DNA of 64,000 nucleotides, from NCBI GenBank assembly GCA_035559535.1, contig DATMBG010000003.1, positions 1-64,000 on the forward strand. Reading direction: 5' to 3'. This document shows positions 29,719-40,081 of the stretch, one piece after another. The stretch comes from Candidatus Limnocylindrales bacterium (GTDB lineage: Bacteria > Moduliflexota > Moduliflexia > Moduliflexales > JAUQPW01). Positions within the stretch are counted from its first letter, which is position 1. Each line of letters begins with the position of its first letter. The notes beneath the pieces are model-generated. The model saw only the letters and a program-made list of their open reading frames with translations. It made no database searches and had not been told where the DNA came from. The translations under genes and the position numbers were made by a program.

Positions 29719-30906
29719 ATGCCAAAAATAAAAAATATTCAAGGAGATCCTTTACACTTACGTGTAATATCTCTCCTGCTTCTAATCGGGTTGTTGATCT
29801 TTATAAGCTTAGGGCCAAAGTTACAGGCCCAGGATAATACCCCTATCAAGATAGGTTTAAATGTGGAATTAACGGGTTTAGCTGCAGATCTGGGAGATTT
29901 ATCTAAAAAGGCAGCGGATCTGGCCGTTGAGGAGATTAATGCTGCGGGTGGTATTAATGGACGCCCCATCGATTTAATCGCCGAAGATAGTCAATCCAGT
30001 AACCAGGGGGCGGTTGCAGCAACCAATAAGCTTATCAATTCCCATAAAGTCGTTGCCATGGTCGGTCCGGTAAAAAGCACCCAGATGCAAGCCGTTAGTG
30101 ATATTGTAAAAAAAGCTCATTTACCCACCATGTATGGAGGAACCAATCCCAAATTGACCCGAATCGATAATAAGGTCGTGAATCCCTGGGTGTTCCGATG
30201 TCGGCCTGCAGATAGTATCGCCGGAGTCGCTGTTGCCCGTTTTATTATCGAAGATTTGAAAATCAACAAAGTAGGAATTCTCCATGATAGCGATACCTTT
30301 GGTACAACCGGAGCCGGTATCGTTAGAGATACCCTCAAGAAGCTGGGTGCCGAACCTGTTCTCATCGAGAAATATGCTACGGGAACAGAGAACTATCAAC
30401 CTCAGCTTTTAAATATGAAAGCGGCAGGGGCCGAAGCCCTGGTTATCTATGGAACCAATGCCAACGATGATGCCAAAATCCTTCGTCAAATTAAAGAACT
30501 GGGTCTGGATTTTAAAGTCGTAGGGTCTCCCTCCAATGCCCAAAAAATTACCCTGGATTTGGCTAAAGAAGCCGCCGAGGGTATTTATGCTGTGGTGGAC
30601 TACGTACCCGGGCAAAGTGAGGTCGCAAAAAGATATCGTGAAGCGTATGTGAAAAAGTACGGTTCTGAACCGGATACGTTAGCTGCCTGGAACTATGATG
30701 CTTTATATATCCTCGCCGAAGCCATGAAAAAAGCTGGGACAGATCCAGAAAAGATTCGAGAAGCCATTCTAGCCACCAAAGGTTTTAAAGGAGTCCTGGG
30801 TGAATTTAACTTCGATGAGTTTGGGGATGGACTCCATGAAGTAAGTATGATTCAGATTAAGAACGGTCAACCCTCTCTTTTAAGAATCGTAAAAGAAAGT
30901 GAATAA
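29719..30906 (+). CDS. livK: Branched-chain amino acid-type ABC transporter substrate-binding protein
   Basis: Signal peptide; IKIG...LTG, EINAAGGINGRPI and YDA motifs. Confidence 0.9.
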   Translation: MPKIKNIQGDPLHLRVISLLLLIGLLIFISLGPKLQAQDNTPIKIGLNVELTGLAADLGDLSKKAADLAVEEINAAGGINGRPIDLIAEDSQSSNQGAVAATNKLINSHKVVAMVGPVKSTQMQAVSDIVKKAHLPTMYGGTNPKLTRIDNKVVNPWVFRCRPADSIAGVAVARFIIEDLKINKVGILHDSDTFGTTGAGIVRDTLKKLGAEPVLIEKYATGTENYQPQLLNMKAAGAEALVIYGTNANDDAKILRQIKELGLDFKVVGSPSNAQKITLDLAKEAAEGIYAVVDYVPGQSEVAKRYREAYVKKYGSEPDTLAAWNYDALYILAEAMKKAGTDPEKIREAILATKGFKGVLGEFNFDEFGDGLHEVSMIQIKNGQPSLLRIVKESE

Positions 30907-30940
30907 ATAAGTGAATAAATAGAGGATTGTGGATGGCCCC

Positions 30941-30997
30941 TTATCCGTTGTCTGTTGTAACGGCTTCGAACAATAGACAACGGATAACGGACAAAAA
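30941..30997. repeat. Degenerate inverted heptamer repeat hairpin
   Basis: ttatccgttgtctgttgt...acaatagacaacggataacggaca. Confidence 0.75.
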
Positions 30998-31000
30998 TCT

Positions 31001-31879
31001 GTGGATTTCATAACTTTCCTGCAACTGGTTATCAGTGGTCTTGCCATGGGGGCAATTTATGCTCTGGTTGCACTGGGATTCGTCCTTATTTACAACGCGG
31101 TAGGTATTGTAAACTTTGCCCAGGGGGAGTTTATCATGATACCTGCTTTTTTTGGGATCACCGCCCTGGTTACCTGGCATCTTCCGGTTCCTATCGCTTA
31201 TTCCCTTGTACTTGCAGCCATGGCCGTCTTTGGGCTCGTTTTTGAATTAATTGCCTATTACCCCCTCCGGAATCGTCCTTTTTTGCCAGTCGTCATCAGT
31301 ACCATCGGAGCCTCCATTTTGCTAAAAAATCTAGCCCAAAATATCTGGGGGGCTATTCCCCTTCGGTTCCCTGGATTATTCGAAACAGGTACCCTTAACC
31401 TCGGGGGCTTGCGGATAGGTTTACAACATCTCCTCATTTTGGGAGTAACAGTTATCCTCCTGATCCTGCAATATCTGCTCTTTGAGAAAACCTTAATTGG
31501 GAAAAAGATGCAGGCCACGGCACAGGATAAACAGACGGCCCGATTAATGGGAATTCCTACCAATAAAATGATCGCCCTTACCTTTATCTATAGTGCCCTG
31601 TTGGGTGGGGTAGCGGCCCTTCTGGTGGCTCCAATTCTCAATGTAACCAAAGATATGGGAGGGCCTATAGCTTTAAAGGCCTTCTCTTCAAGTATTATCG
31701 GTGGTTTCGGAAGCATCCCCGGAGCTATTTTAGGTGGTCTTTTTGTCGGAGTCATCGAAGCCATAGCCGGTAAATACTATTCTGCTTATACCGATGGGGT
31801 TGCCTTTTTCGTATTGATCGCAGTTCTGCTCTTTAGACCCCAGGGGATTTTCGGAGAACGTATTGCTGAAAAGGCCTAA
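31001..31879 (+). CDS. livH: BCAA ABC transporter permease
   Basis: GAIYALVALG, VNFAQGE, IIGGFGS, LFRPQGIFG. Confidence 0.93.
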   Translation: MDFITFLQLVISGLAMGAIYALVALGFVLIYNAVGIVNFAQGEFIMIPAFFGITALVTWHLPVPIAYSLVLAAMAVFGLVFELIAYYPLRNRPFLPVVISTIGASILLKNLAQNIWGAIPLRFPGLFETGTLNLGGLRIGLQHLLILGVTVILLILQYLLFEKTLIGKKMQATAQDKQTARLMGIPTNKMIALTFIYSALLGGVAALLVAPILNVTKDMGGPIALKAFSSSIIGGFGSIPGAILGGLFVGVIEAIAGKYYSAYTDGVAFFVLIAVLLFRPQGIFGERIAEKA

Positions 31880-31961
31880 TTGGTGGACCGTAGATCATGG
31901 GTAGTAGTGGTAACAGAAAATAACCGACTACAACCCACAACCTACCCTCCACAGCCTTGTC

Positions 31962-32969
31962 ATGAAATTTATTCTCATATCTTTAATTCTGGCTTTCGCC
32001 ATCGCAGCTCCTCTCATCTGGACGACCGATTATTGGCATCATCTGATGGTATTGGCAGCAATTTATGCCATCGTGGCCCTCGGTCTTAATTTCACCCTGG
32101 GATTAACCGGACAATTATCTCTGGCCCAGGCTGCCTTTTGGGGGATCGGCGCTTATACCTCAGCGTTATTAACGGTACGCCATGAATTATCTTTCTGGAT
32201 TGGATTACCTGCCGCCGCCGCCGTATCGGCCTTATTTGGTATCCTACTCGGCTTTCCTTCCTTTAAGTTATCGGGACATTATCTGGCCATGACCACCATC
32301 GGATTTGGGATTATTGTGCGGCTGGTACTTCAAAATGAAACAGATTTAACAGGAGGTGCCGATGGCATTGCCGGTATTCCGGCACCAACCTTGTTGGGAT
32401 TTGATATTGATGATAATCGGAAGTTCTATTATTTTGCCCTGGGTTTCCTGATCCTCTTGAGTATCGTGGCTTTGAAAATCCAACACTCCCGGGCAGGACG
32501 TGCTTTCCAGGCTATTCGTGAAAATGAAATGGCTGCCAGTGCAACCGGGGTTAATATCAACCGTTATAAACTCATTGCCTTTATGTTTAGTGCCTTATAT
32601 GCAGGAATTGCAGGTTCTCTCTACGCCCACTCTGCAGGCTATATCAGCCCGGATACCTTCTCTTTTGATCAGTCGGTAATATTTCTGGTCATGCTGGTAC
32701 TGGGTGGTTCTGGCTCAGTCTACGGCACCCTCATTGGGGCTATCTTAATAACCTTTCTACCCGAATGGTTACGATTTCTTAAAAGCTATTATATGGCCGT
32801 CTACGGAGCCGGTGTCCTCCTGATGATGATTTTCCTGCCTACAGGTATCTGGGGGCTTTTGGAAATGATCCAGGAACGAATAATCGGTAGACCAGGCGAA
32901 GTCCTTCCACCGCTGGAAAGGCCAGGTGAGCCCAGAAAAGCAGAACTCTCCGTAGGGGCAAAAAAATAA
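31962..32969 (+). CDS. livM: BCAA ABC transporter permease
   Basis: GQLSLAQAAFWGIGAY, YLAMTT, GRAFQAIRENE. Confidence 0.93.
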   Translation: MKFILISLILAFAIAAPLIWTTDYWHHLMVLAAIYAIVALGLNFTLGLTGQLSLAQAAFWGIGAYTSALLTVRHELSFWIGLPAAAAVSALFGILLGFPSFKLSGHYLAMTTIGFGIIVRLVLQNETDLTGGADGIAGIPAPTLLGFDIDDNRKFYYFALGFLILLSIVALKIQHSRAGRAFQAIRENEMAASATGVNINRYKLIAFMFSALYAGIAGSLYAHSAGYISPDTFSFDQSVIFLVMLVLGGSGSVYGTLIGAILITFLPEWLRFLKSYYMAVYGAGVLLMMIFLPTGIWGLLEMIQERIIGRPGEVLPPLERPGEPRKAELSVGAKK

Positions 32970-33044
32970 GCCTGTTTATTGTCCGTTGTCAGGAATCACT
33001 CCGGGAGACCCTCAACGGACAATGGACTCTGAACAACAAACAGA

Positions 33045-33818
33045 ATGGAAATTCTAAAGACCATCCAATTAAGTAAACACTTCGGCGGACTTAAGGCCGT
33101 AGATAAGGTAGATCTGACCATCCAAAAAGGAGAGATCCGAGCTCTGATCGGACCCAACGGATCGGGTAAAACCACCATTCTCAATATACTCAGTGGTATT
33201 TATCAACCTACAGAAGGTAAAATTCTATTCAAAAGCACAGATGTAACCGGGAAAAAACCCCATGTTTTGGTAGAGTATGGCATGGCCCGTACCTTCCAAA
33301 ATATCCGCCTTTTTCCAGAACTGACGGTACTTCAGAATGTTAAAGTAGGTCAACACTGTCGTACAAAATCGGATTTGGTGAGTATTATATTCGGCTTACC
33401 GGGAGCAAGAAAAGAAGAACGCCACATTGAAGAAAAAGCCATGCAAGCCCTTGAATTTGTGGGACTCCAGGATAAACGCAACCGACCTGCAAAGAGCCTT
33501 CCCTATGGACAACAACGATTGCTGGAATTGGCAAGGGCACTGGCCACTGAACCCGAACTTCTTCTCCTGGATGAACCCGCTGCCGGATTAAACCCCCATG
33601 AAACAGAAGTCCTGGATGATTTGTTGATTAAAATACGAAACCAGGGAATAACCCTGCTGTTGGTCGAGCATGATATGAACCTGGTTATGGGGATATCAGA
33701 CTATATTACCGTACTTAATTTTGGGGCAAAAATAGCCGAAGGCACTCCGGAGGAAATCCAGAATAACCCGGAGGTCATAGAAGCCTACCTGGGTAAGGAA
33801 GAAGTTTTGCAGACTTAG
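33045..33818 (+). CDS. livG: BCAA ABC transporter ATPase
   Basis: GPNGSGKTT, ARTFQN, LPYGQQR, LDEPAAG, EAYLG. Confidence 0.95.
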   Translation: MEILKTIQLSKHFGGLKAVDKVDLTIQKGEIRALIGPNGSGKTTILNILSGIYQPTEGKILFKSTDVTGKKPHVLVEYGMARTFQNIRLFPELTVLQNVKVGQHCRTKSDLVSIIFGLPGARKEERHIEEKAMQALEFVGLQDKRNRPAKSLPYGQQRLLELARALATEPELLLLDEPAAGLNPHETEVLDDLLIKIRNQGITLLLVEHDMNLVMGISDYITVLNFGAKIAEGTPEEIQNNPEVIEAYLGKEEVLQT

Positions 33819-33848
33819 TACTTTGTTAAAGTAATTCTGTGGGATTTC

Positions 33849-33940
33849 CCTCCCCCCCGGCTCCTCTCCCACGCTGTGGGAGAGGGGAGTCAGTGGATTT
33901 CCGGGCCAACTCTCCCAAAGCCTCGGGCGAGAGGGGTGGG
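33849..33940. repeat. CCTCTCCC...GGGAGAGG REP-like palindrome
   Basis: ctcctctcccacgctgtgggagaggggag hairpin between livG and livF. Confidence 0.7.
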
Positions 33941-34039
33941 TTGGTCAATCCCTTTTCTTAATCTCCGGATGCCTGCAATTTCTGTGAATTCTTTAGAGAA
34001 AGTTTAGAAGAAAGGAAACTTGAAGAAGAAAGGTTGAGT

Positions 34040-34780
34040 ATGCTTAAAGTTAAAGATATTGAAACCTATTACGGTAGCATTCAGGCCTTAAAAGGGATCT
34101 CCCTGGAGGTCAACGAAGGAGAAGTTGTAACCTTACTTGGAAGCAATGGGGCCGGGAAAAGCACAACCCTTAAAACCATCTCCCGTCTTCTCCGTCCGGT
34201 CAGGGGAACAATTGAATTTATGGGTGAACGTATCGATCCTTTGAAGCCCGAAGTCATTGTACAGAAGGGAATCGCCCATGTCCCGGAAGGAAGAAAAATC
34301 TTCCCCGGTTTGACCGTGCGAGACAATCTCATGTTGGGAGCTTCCGGACGGGTTGGTTTGAGTAAAGCTCAAATAGCCGAAGAAGCAGAGCGAATGCTGG
34401 AACTTTTCCCCGCACTTAAACCCTTTGCAGATAAATTGGGTTGGACCCTCAGTGGAGGTCAACAACAAATGCTGGCCATTGCCCGAGGCTTAATGGCCCA
34501 TCCTAAACTTCTCTTGTTGGATGAGCCTTCCTTGGGTCTGGCTCCTGTACTTGTACAGGAAGTTTTTCATATCATTCGGGATATCAATACACGGGGCACC
34601 ACCATTCTCCTCGTAGAACAGAATGCTTTTATGGCTCTTAAGGTAGCCCATCGGGGTTATGTGATGGAAACGGGAAAAATTGTCCTCCATGATCTGGCCA
34701 CAAATCTACTCAATAACGAACAGGTAAAAAGAGCTTACCTGGGTACGACTAAAGCGGCTCGAAGGCAGGTTGTCGGATAG
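34040..34780 (+). CDS. livF: BCAA ABC transporter ATPase
   Basis: GSNGAGKST, VPEGR, LSGGQQQMLA, DEPSLGLAP. Confidence 0.95.
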   Translation: MLKVKDIETYYGSIQALKGISLEVNEGEVVTLLGSNGAGKSTTLKTISRLLRPVRGTIEFMGERIDPLKPEVIVQKGIAHVPEGRKIFPGLTVRDNLMLGASGRVGLSKAQIAEEAERMLELFPALKPFADKLGWTLSGGQQQMLAIARGLMAHPKLLLLDEPSLGLAPVLVQEVFHIIRDINTRGTTILLVEQNAFMALKVAHRGYVMETGKIVLHDLATNLLNNEQVKRAYLGTTKAARRQVVG

Positions 34781-34864
34781 AAATTCTGAGCGGGCGGGTT
34801 CCTGTTAATGCTTTACACGGTAAGTGCAGGTAGTTCTTTTAAACTTCGGTAATCCTTTCTCTGT

Positions 34865-35680
34865 TTAATTCCGGCTAGGTAACCAACCTTCCGAAGTGCG
34901 CCGGAAATGTTGGATTGAAACGGCCCCGAAGGCCTCCTTTTCAGGATGCCAGCAGAAGCGTTCAACCATAATTTGCGGATGAGCTATACGAACCCTGTTG
35001 AAAGAGGGAGGTTCCCCCCGGCTGCGTGTAGAAGTGGCCGTTCCTGCCTGGATAATCAGAGCAGAATACCTGTTTGTTTTGTAACCTACAATGATATCGC
35101 CTACATGGCTTACATGGAGGTGACCGGCAAGAAAAATATCCACTCCGCATTTTGCCAGGATTTCCATAGCCCAACGTGAACGGCCGACCGATCTATATTT
35201 GTGATAACCTTCTGGTATCTCAAAAGGATGATGACTGACGAGGATTTTGACGATCTGAGTGCCTAGAGGAGCCAGGCGTTCCAGGATCCGCAGGATCTGT
35301 TCTTTGTTGATACGTCCTCTTTGGATCGTTAAGGAGCAGGCCGTGTTGATGCCCAGGATGGCTACCTCCTGGTTTACATAAAAGGGTTCCAGATCGTTGC
35401 TAATATAGCGATTATATTTGGAAAGCGGTTGAAAAAAGCGGGCAAAGAGGTTACCTAAAGGTATATCGTGATTCCCGGGAACAATAATCTGGGTAGGGGG
35501 AAGGAGGTCTAAAAAAGCCCGGGCCTCTTTGAACTCTTGGGTTCGAGCGCGCTGGGTGAGATCCCCGGATACAACGACCACCTCCGGTCGGATCTCTTCA
35601 ACGGTTGTCCTGAGAGATTGCACAATAGCCGTATCTACACGACCGAAATGGAGGTCTGAAAGATGAACCAGTGTAAGCAT
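34865..35680 (-). CDS. Calcineurin-like metallophosphoesterase (Icc/CpdA-like)
   Basis: SDLHFG, SGDLT, PGNHD, HHP, GHLH. Confidence 0.92.
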   Translation of the reverse strand: MLTLVHLSDLHFGRVDTAIVQSLRTTVEEIRPEVVVVSGDLTQRARTQEFKEARAFLDLLPPTQIIVPGNHDIPLGNLFARFFQPLSKYNRYISNDLEPFYVNQEVAILGINTACSLTIQRGRINKEQILRILERLAPLGTQIVKILVSHHPFEIPEGYHKYRSVGRSRWAMEILAKCGVDIFLAGHLHVSHVGDIIVGYKTNRYSALIIQAGTATSTRSRGEPPSFNRVRIAHPQIMVERFCWHPEKEAFGAVSIQHFRRTSEGWLPSRN

Positions 35681-35696
35681 CCTTGTTTTAATTGCT

Positions 35697-36638
35697 TTAG
35701 TTTTCTAGTTCTCCTTTACCTTTCGGTACCATAACTTGTAGCGCACGGGGCCGAATCTGGTAATGAAGTGGCATTTCCATCAAAATAATTTCCCCATCCA
35801 CAGAAACGTACACATACTTCCGTCTCCGCTTCCTTCGTTGGGTACCGACCCAGACTTCTTTAACCAGGAGCTTATCTAAATCTTTTTCCTGGCGTAACCG
35901 TCCCAAAAGCAGCCTTAAAGCCAGGCGCAGAAGGCCCAATCGCCCGGTTTGGTGAGTTACATATAAACACAAATATCCCGCATTGAGACATCTACGGGAT
36001 CCAATGTTAAGGCTTTCTATTTCATATTCGTTATTACCTACGAAAACAAAGGGGGTTGCTCGCTTGAATTCTTGATCGTCTGCGATCAGGCGGACATTGA
36101 AAAAAGGATAGCGATGAAACACCTTGAGTAATGCCCAAAAGAAGGCGACCCCTTTGCTCCATCCCCGTCGCCGATACCACTCCCGGTGACGTACCATATG
36201 CGGATAAATCCCTATACTGGAATTATTAACGAAGATATACCCGTTGACCTCCCCCACATCAATGCTGACCCTAGAACCTGAGATGAGGTTATCCACAGCC
36301 TGTTCAAGATCCAGCGGTATTTTTAAATCTTTGGCAAAGTGATTAAGTGTCCCCAGCGGAAGGATTCCCAGGATCTTATCGGTGCCGACCAGCATGGAGG
36401 CGACTGTATTGACCGTTCCATCACCCCCTCCGGCTACAACCATATCATAACCCTCACGAATTATCCGGTGGGTGATTTCCACCAGCTCTTCCCCGCTTTG
36501 GGCCAGGGAGATAGAGGCTTTGATATTTTTTGATTTAAATAGCTCGGTTACCTGTTCTATCTCTTTCCGTTTATCCTTAGAACCGGAAGAGTGATTGATA
36601 ATGACTGCAATATGGGAAGGTGTCTGATTTGCCCCCAT
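35697..36638 (-). CDS. Diacylglycerol/lipid kinase family protein (YegS/DAGK)
   Basis: GGGDGT, LPLGTLNHFA, DGE. Confidence 0.93.
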   Translation of the reverse strand: MGANQTPSHIAVIINHSSGSKDKRKEIEQVTELFKSKNIKASISLAQSGEELVEITHRIIREGYDMVVAGGGDGTVNTVASMLVGTDKILGILPLGTLNHFAKDLKIPLDLEQAVDNLISGSRVSIDVGEVNGYIFVNNSSIGIYPHMVRHREWYRRRGWSKGVAFFWALLKVFHRYPFFNVRLIADDQEFKRATPFVFVGNNEYEIESLNIGSRRCLNAGYLCLYVTHQTGRLGLLRLALRLLLGRLRQEKDLDKLLVKEVWVGTQRRKRRRKYVYVSVDGEIILMEMPLHYQIRPRALQVMVPKGKGELEN

Positions 36639-37018
36639 CCAGTTTTTCGAGCATCAAGAGGGTTGAAATTTCCAGAACCCTTTCCTGCGCCCAGACTCCT
36701 TAATTTTATCCTGAACCCTCTGGCCGATAAGTCCGAAAAGATTTATGAGATTTTTGATTCTGCATCCATTTTATATCCTGGCAAGACCCTCCTCCTCCTG
36801 GGGAAGGCAACGGAGCAAGAATTCTTTTTTCCCCGCACCCAACTGAAAATAATCTACCCTGTGAACCGGTTCAGGTCAAGCAAAAACTATCCCTCGTAAC
36901 TGTAACAACTTAGAAGGTTAGCTCCAGGGGGTCACCTGGGGATAGCCCTTGGCATAGGCCAGGAGAAACTTATCCATCAAACGGGGACGTTTGACCTACT
37001 AAACCCCCATGGGGTGAT

Positions 37019-37197
37019 CTGTTTAACAGGCCGCTCCTCAATTCCCCCCGCCCGTACATGGGGAGAAGGGGGGATATAGAGGAAAGGAGAGCTTCCTTCG
37101 GAGCTTGAAGAAAATTCTGAATGACTGAATCCCCCGACTTATGTCGGGGGCTACCCACGGTTCACCCCTGACGAGGCTTTTCATCCTAACCCGGTGT
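37019..37197 (-). repeat. Dispersed ~180-bp repeat (REP/MITE-like), copy A
   Basis: Reverse complement aligns with 53112-53292; core GTAG-CCCCCGAC-ATAA-GTCGGGGG. Confidence 0.85.
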
Positions 37198-37332
37198 GTA
37201 TGGGGGCCTGGGGGGTCTTCCACCTACTAAATGGATACAGATACCTATCCCTCATCGACTTGAAGATAGAAACAGATTACTCTTAGAAGACTGAAGAAAG
37301 GCAATGGATAGAGTTGGCTTTCTTTAAATAGG

Positions 37333-38124
37333 CTACTTCCCTGAGGCCTGAACCATTTTCCTTCCTTTGACCATAAGCGTTACTCCTACCGGAAAGCGGA
37401 TCCATTTGAGTAAAAAGGCTTCCAGGTAAAGGAGAGAGGTCAAAAAAGCATTGAGGTAGGCCGGTGTGAAATGAAAATCCGAAATAGCTTCTTGATCTGT
37501 CTTTGCCGGACGTAAGAGGTTAACAGCTTTACGGAACAGGAAAATGGGTAGAACAAGGAAGGTATTGGCATAGGTAGCGTTTTCAACGATAAAACCGGCT
37601 TTTTCTAATTTTTGGCACAAATCCGATTCGGTGTATCGTCTTAAGACCTGTCCGGCCCGATCATGCTCGCCCCGGAGCCAGTTGAAGGCGGCTACCGTTA
37701 AAAAAACTTTTCCACCGGGTCGGCAAACCCGGTAATATTCCCGAAGGGCTTTCTCATCGTCGGGAACACAAACCAGGACATCATAGGACGTTATAAAATC
37801 AAAGGTTTCATCCCGGAAAGGAAGGTCCTCTACCGAGGCCTGAACGAGATTCTCCAGTTTACGAATTTTACAGAATTTAAGGGCCTCGGAAAATAAATCG
37901 ATCCCAACAGTTTGGGGTTTTAAGCCTGTCTCCCAGGTCTGGCTCCCGATCTCCAAAAGGTGTTGCAATCGAGCACCCGTTCCGCATCCGGCATCGAGAA
38001 TCTTTGCAGAGGTTTTGCAGTGAAAGAGCTCGGGGATAAGGGTATACGCTATTTTCCTCATTCCCCGGTACCACCAGTAAGTATCCTCCAGCTGGTACAT
38101 GATTTCGTATTCGCGCAGATTCAC
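37333..38124 (-). CDS. Class I SAM-dependent methyltransferase (glycosylation-cluster type)
   Basis: EDTYWWY, LDAGCGTG, LPF....FD, RVCRPGG, HD...RRY. Confidence 0.9.
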   Translation of the reverse strand: MNLREYEIMYQLEDTYWWYRGMRKIAYTLIPELFHCKTSAKILDAGCGTGARLQHLLEIGSQTWETGLKPQTVGIDLFSEALKFCKIRKLENLVQASVEDLPFRDETFDFITSYDVLVCVPDDEKALREYYRVCRPGGKVFLTVAAFNWLRGEHDRAGQVLRRYTESDLCQKLEKAGFIVENATYANTFLVLPIFLFRKAVNLLRPAKTDQEAISDFHFTPAYLNAFLTSLLYLEAFLLKWIRFPVGVTLMVKGRKMVQASGK

Positions 38125-38155
38125 GACCTTACCCCGACTTCTGATTCCCGGGTCC

Positions 38156-38521
38156 TTAGGATCTGGCGATCAAGGCAACTCCCAGGCAGATCAGTAAAAC
38201 CCCTACCCATCGGATCCAGGATATTGATTCTCCTAAGACCCATTTTGAGGCCAGTACCACCAGGACGTAGCTTAAACTAACCATAGGGTAGGCGTAGCTC
38301 AAAGGAACTCTGGATAACACAACCAACCAGAGCAGGACACTTATTGCATATAATCCCAAAGCAAAGAGGACATAGGGATTGGTAAAAAGGGTGATATGAA
38401 AAGTCCAGGTAAGTAAGGCTTTGAAAGATATTTCACCGAAGGAGGATATGGCTTTCTTCATGGACAACTCACTAATAGACGCAAATACCACGGGAATCAG
38501 AATTAATCCAATAGGTTTCAT
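38156..38521 (-). CDS. EamA/SMR-type small membrane protein (ArnE/ArnF-like flippase subunit)
   Basis: 4 TM helices; WLVVLSRVPLSYAYP and LGESIS..RWVG motifs. Confidence 0.85.
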   Translation of the reverse strand: MKPIGLILIPVVFASISELSMKKAISSFGEISFKALLTWTFHITLFTNPYVLFALGLYAISVLLWLVVLSRVPLSYAYPMVSLSYVLVVLASKWVLGESISWIRWVGVLLICLGVALIARS

Positions 38522-38555
38522 AGGGTAAACAAAAGGATAATTTCTTGGATTCGCC

Positions 38556-39302
38556 TTAACGGATCAGATTCTTTCTGGCAAGAAAAGGTTTTAGACAGAT
38601 TTTCCACCAGAGTTTAAGGACGGTGACACCTCCTTTAATGACCCGGTTTATAACAAAGACCTGAGATCTTCCACAAACCCGGTGATAATGATTGACTGGG
38701 ACCTCTTTGAAAACAAATCCGGCATTTTGAAGCTTTTTCACCATTTCCACGCAGATAGCCCCATCATCGGATTCCAGTTCGATTTTATCGAATACCTCCC
38801 GTCGGATAAGACGAAAGTCGCAATCTACATCTCTGACCTTTAATCGGAAAAGGTTTTTTACTACGATATAATAAATTTTACCCAGGATAATTCGATAAAA
38901 AGGATCGTGCCGTTGGATTTTATATCCGTTCACGATATCGACCCCATCGACCATCTCAGGGGCCAAGAGGGCCAATTCTCGAGGATCGTACTGACCGTCT
39001 CCATCGGTATAGAAAATAAAATCCTTGGTAGCATGGGCGAAACCAGATCGAAGGGCACCTCCATATCCTTTGTTTTGGGTATGGTAAATGACTTTAAGGT
39101 TTTTATAGTGGGTTTTCAGTTCTTCCAAAATTTCCCGACTAAAATCCTTACTGGCATCATCAACGACAATCACTTCATAGTCATCGGTCAGGGAACGAAG
39201 GGTTTTAAAAGCAGAAACAACAAGACTTGCGATAGTTCCTGCATCGTTATAGCAGGGGAAGAAAACCGAAATGCTGGAAAGCCGTTTATTTTTGTCCGTC
39301 AT
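38556..39302 (-). CDS. GT2 polyprenol-phosphate glycosyltransferase (DPM1/ArnC/GtrB-like); start after heptamer repeat
   Basis: FPCYND, VDDASKD, NKGYGGAL, TDGDGQYDP, DVDCDFRL. Confidence 0.92.
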   Translation of the reverse strand: MTDKNKRLSSISVFFPCYNDAGTIASLVVSAFKTLRSLTDDYEVIVVDDASKDFSREILEELKTHYKNLKVIYHTQNKGYGGALRSGFAHATKDFIFYTDGDGQYDPRELALLAPEMVDGVDIVNGYKIQRHDPFYRIILGKIYYIVVKNLFRLKVRDVDCDFRLIRREVFDKIELESDDGAICVEMVKKLQNAGFVFKEVPVNHYHRVCGRSQVFVINRVIKGGVTVLKLWWKICLKPFLARKNLIR

Positions 39303-39402
39303 TGTCCGTTGTCCGTTGTCCGTTGTCCGTTGTCCATGGGTAGAGTTATCCGGTAAGGGAGATCTACCTCTTCGTAACGGACAACGGACAAGAACTACGA
39401 AC
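39292..39402. repeat. Inverted heptamer tandem repeat (TTGTCCG)n...(AACGGAC)n
   Basis: ttgtccgttgtccgttgtccgttgtccgttgtcc ... aacggacaacggacaag. Confidence 0.9.
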
Positions 39403-39404
39403 AA

Positions 39405-39563
39405 TTAGAAAAGAGCATAAATAAAAGGAGCTACCGCCGAACCTTCTGTAAGGATAATCAGTAAACCCAATCCAAGGAGCATAAATACAATAGGGCCTAA
39501 CCACCATTTTTTTCGCTCTCTCAGGAAGAGCCAGAACTCAGAGAGGAGAGATAATTTACTCAT
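39405..39563 (-). CDS. 52-aa single-TM peptide, DUF5989/SxtK-like (not in ORF track)
   Basis: Hand translation: MSKLSLLSEFWLFLRERKKWWLGPIVFMLLGLGLLIILTEGSAVAPFIYALF*; RKKWWL.P and APFIY.LF motifs; follows the SxtJ-like gene. Confidence 0.92.
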   Translation of the reverse strand: MSKLSLLSEFWLFLRERKKWWLGPIVFMLLGLGLLIILTEGSAVAPFIYALF

Positions 39564-39640
39564 CTGTGGATTATCCATTGTCCATTGTCTGTTGGAAATT
39601 GCCCGTATGGAGGAGGGAGCAACAGACAGCAGAGAGTGGA

Positions 39641-40081
39641 TTAAAACATTCGTTCATACTTTACCTTATCCTTGGAATTTTTTTCTCTTTTTTTCCAATA
39701 AGTCAAACCAGAATCCGACCCGGTTCCGGGTTGGGGAAATTTTTGATCCAGCAGATCTTTTCCCATGAGTCTCAACATCAGTCCAATAGGGGTAAAGATC
39801 AGGAAAAAGATGAGACCCAGGATGAGATGGGTGTTAATCCAGCCCAAAATCAAAGCCAGGGCCATCCAGACTTTGTGGATGGGTTTAAGAAGTTCTGGAA
39901 GAAGAAGACCCAGAATCAGAAACAGGCCTCCCATTCCCCAAAACCCCAGGTATTTACCGCTTCCCTTGTAAAGGGCCAAACTCCCCAGAAGTCCCAGGAC
40001 GATGGCAAGGGTTATTCCGAATTTACGGAGATCTTTATGATCTGATCTTATTTTTTTTATTTCTTCTAATAAGACTCTCAA
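39641..40081 (-). CDS. SxtJ-family membrane protein (probable TTG start overlapping the upstream TGA)
   Basis: LRKFG, P.LLKPI...WM.LA..LGWINT, TPIGL..R..GKD, TYW, C-terminal YERMF. Confidence 0.88.
   Translation of the reverse strand: MRVLLEEIKKIRSDHKDLRKFGITLAIVLGLLGSLALYKGSGKYLGFWGMGGLFLILGLLLPELLKPIHKVWMALALILGWINTHLILGLIFFLIFTPIGLMLRLMGKDLLDQKFPQPGTGSDSGLTYWKKREKNSKDKVKYERMF

Noticed and set aside
36970..37223. Short ORFs 36970-37158 and 37038-37223, and similar 53151-53390
   Set aside because: They are translations of the dispersed repeat; starts and stops are not conserved between copies.
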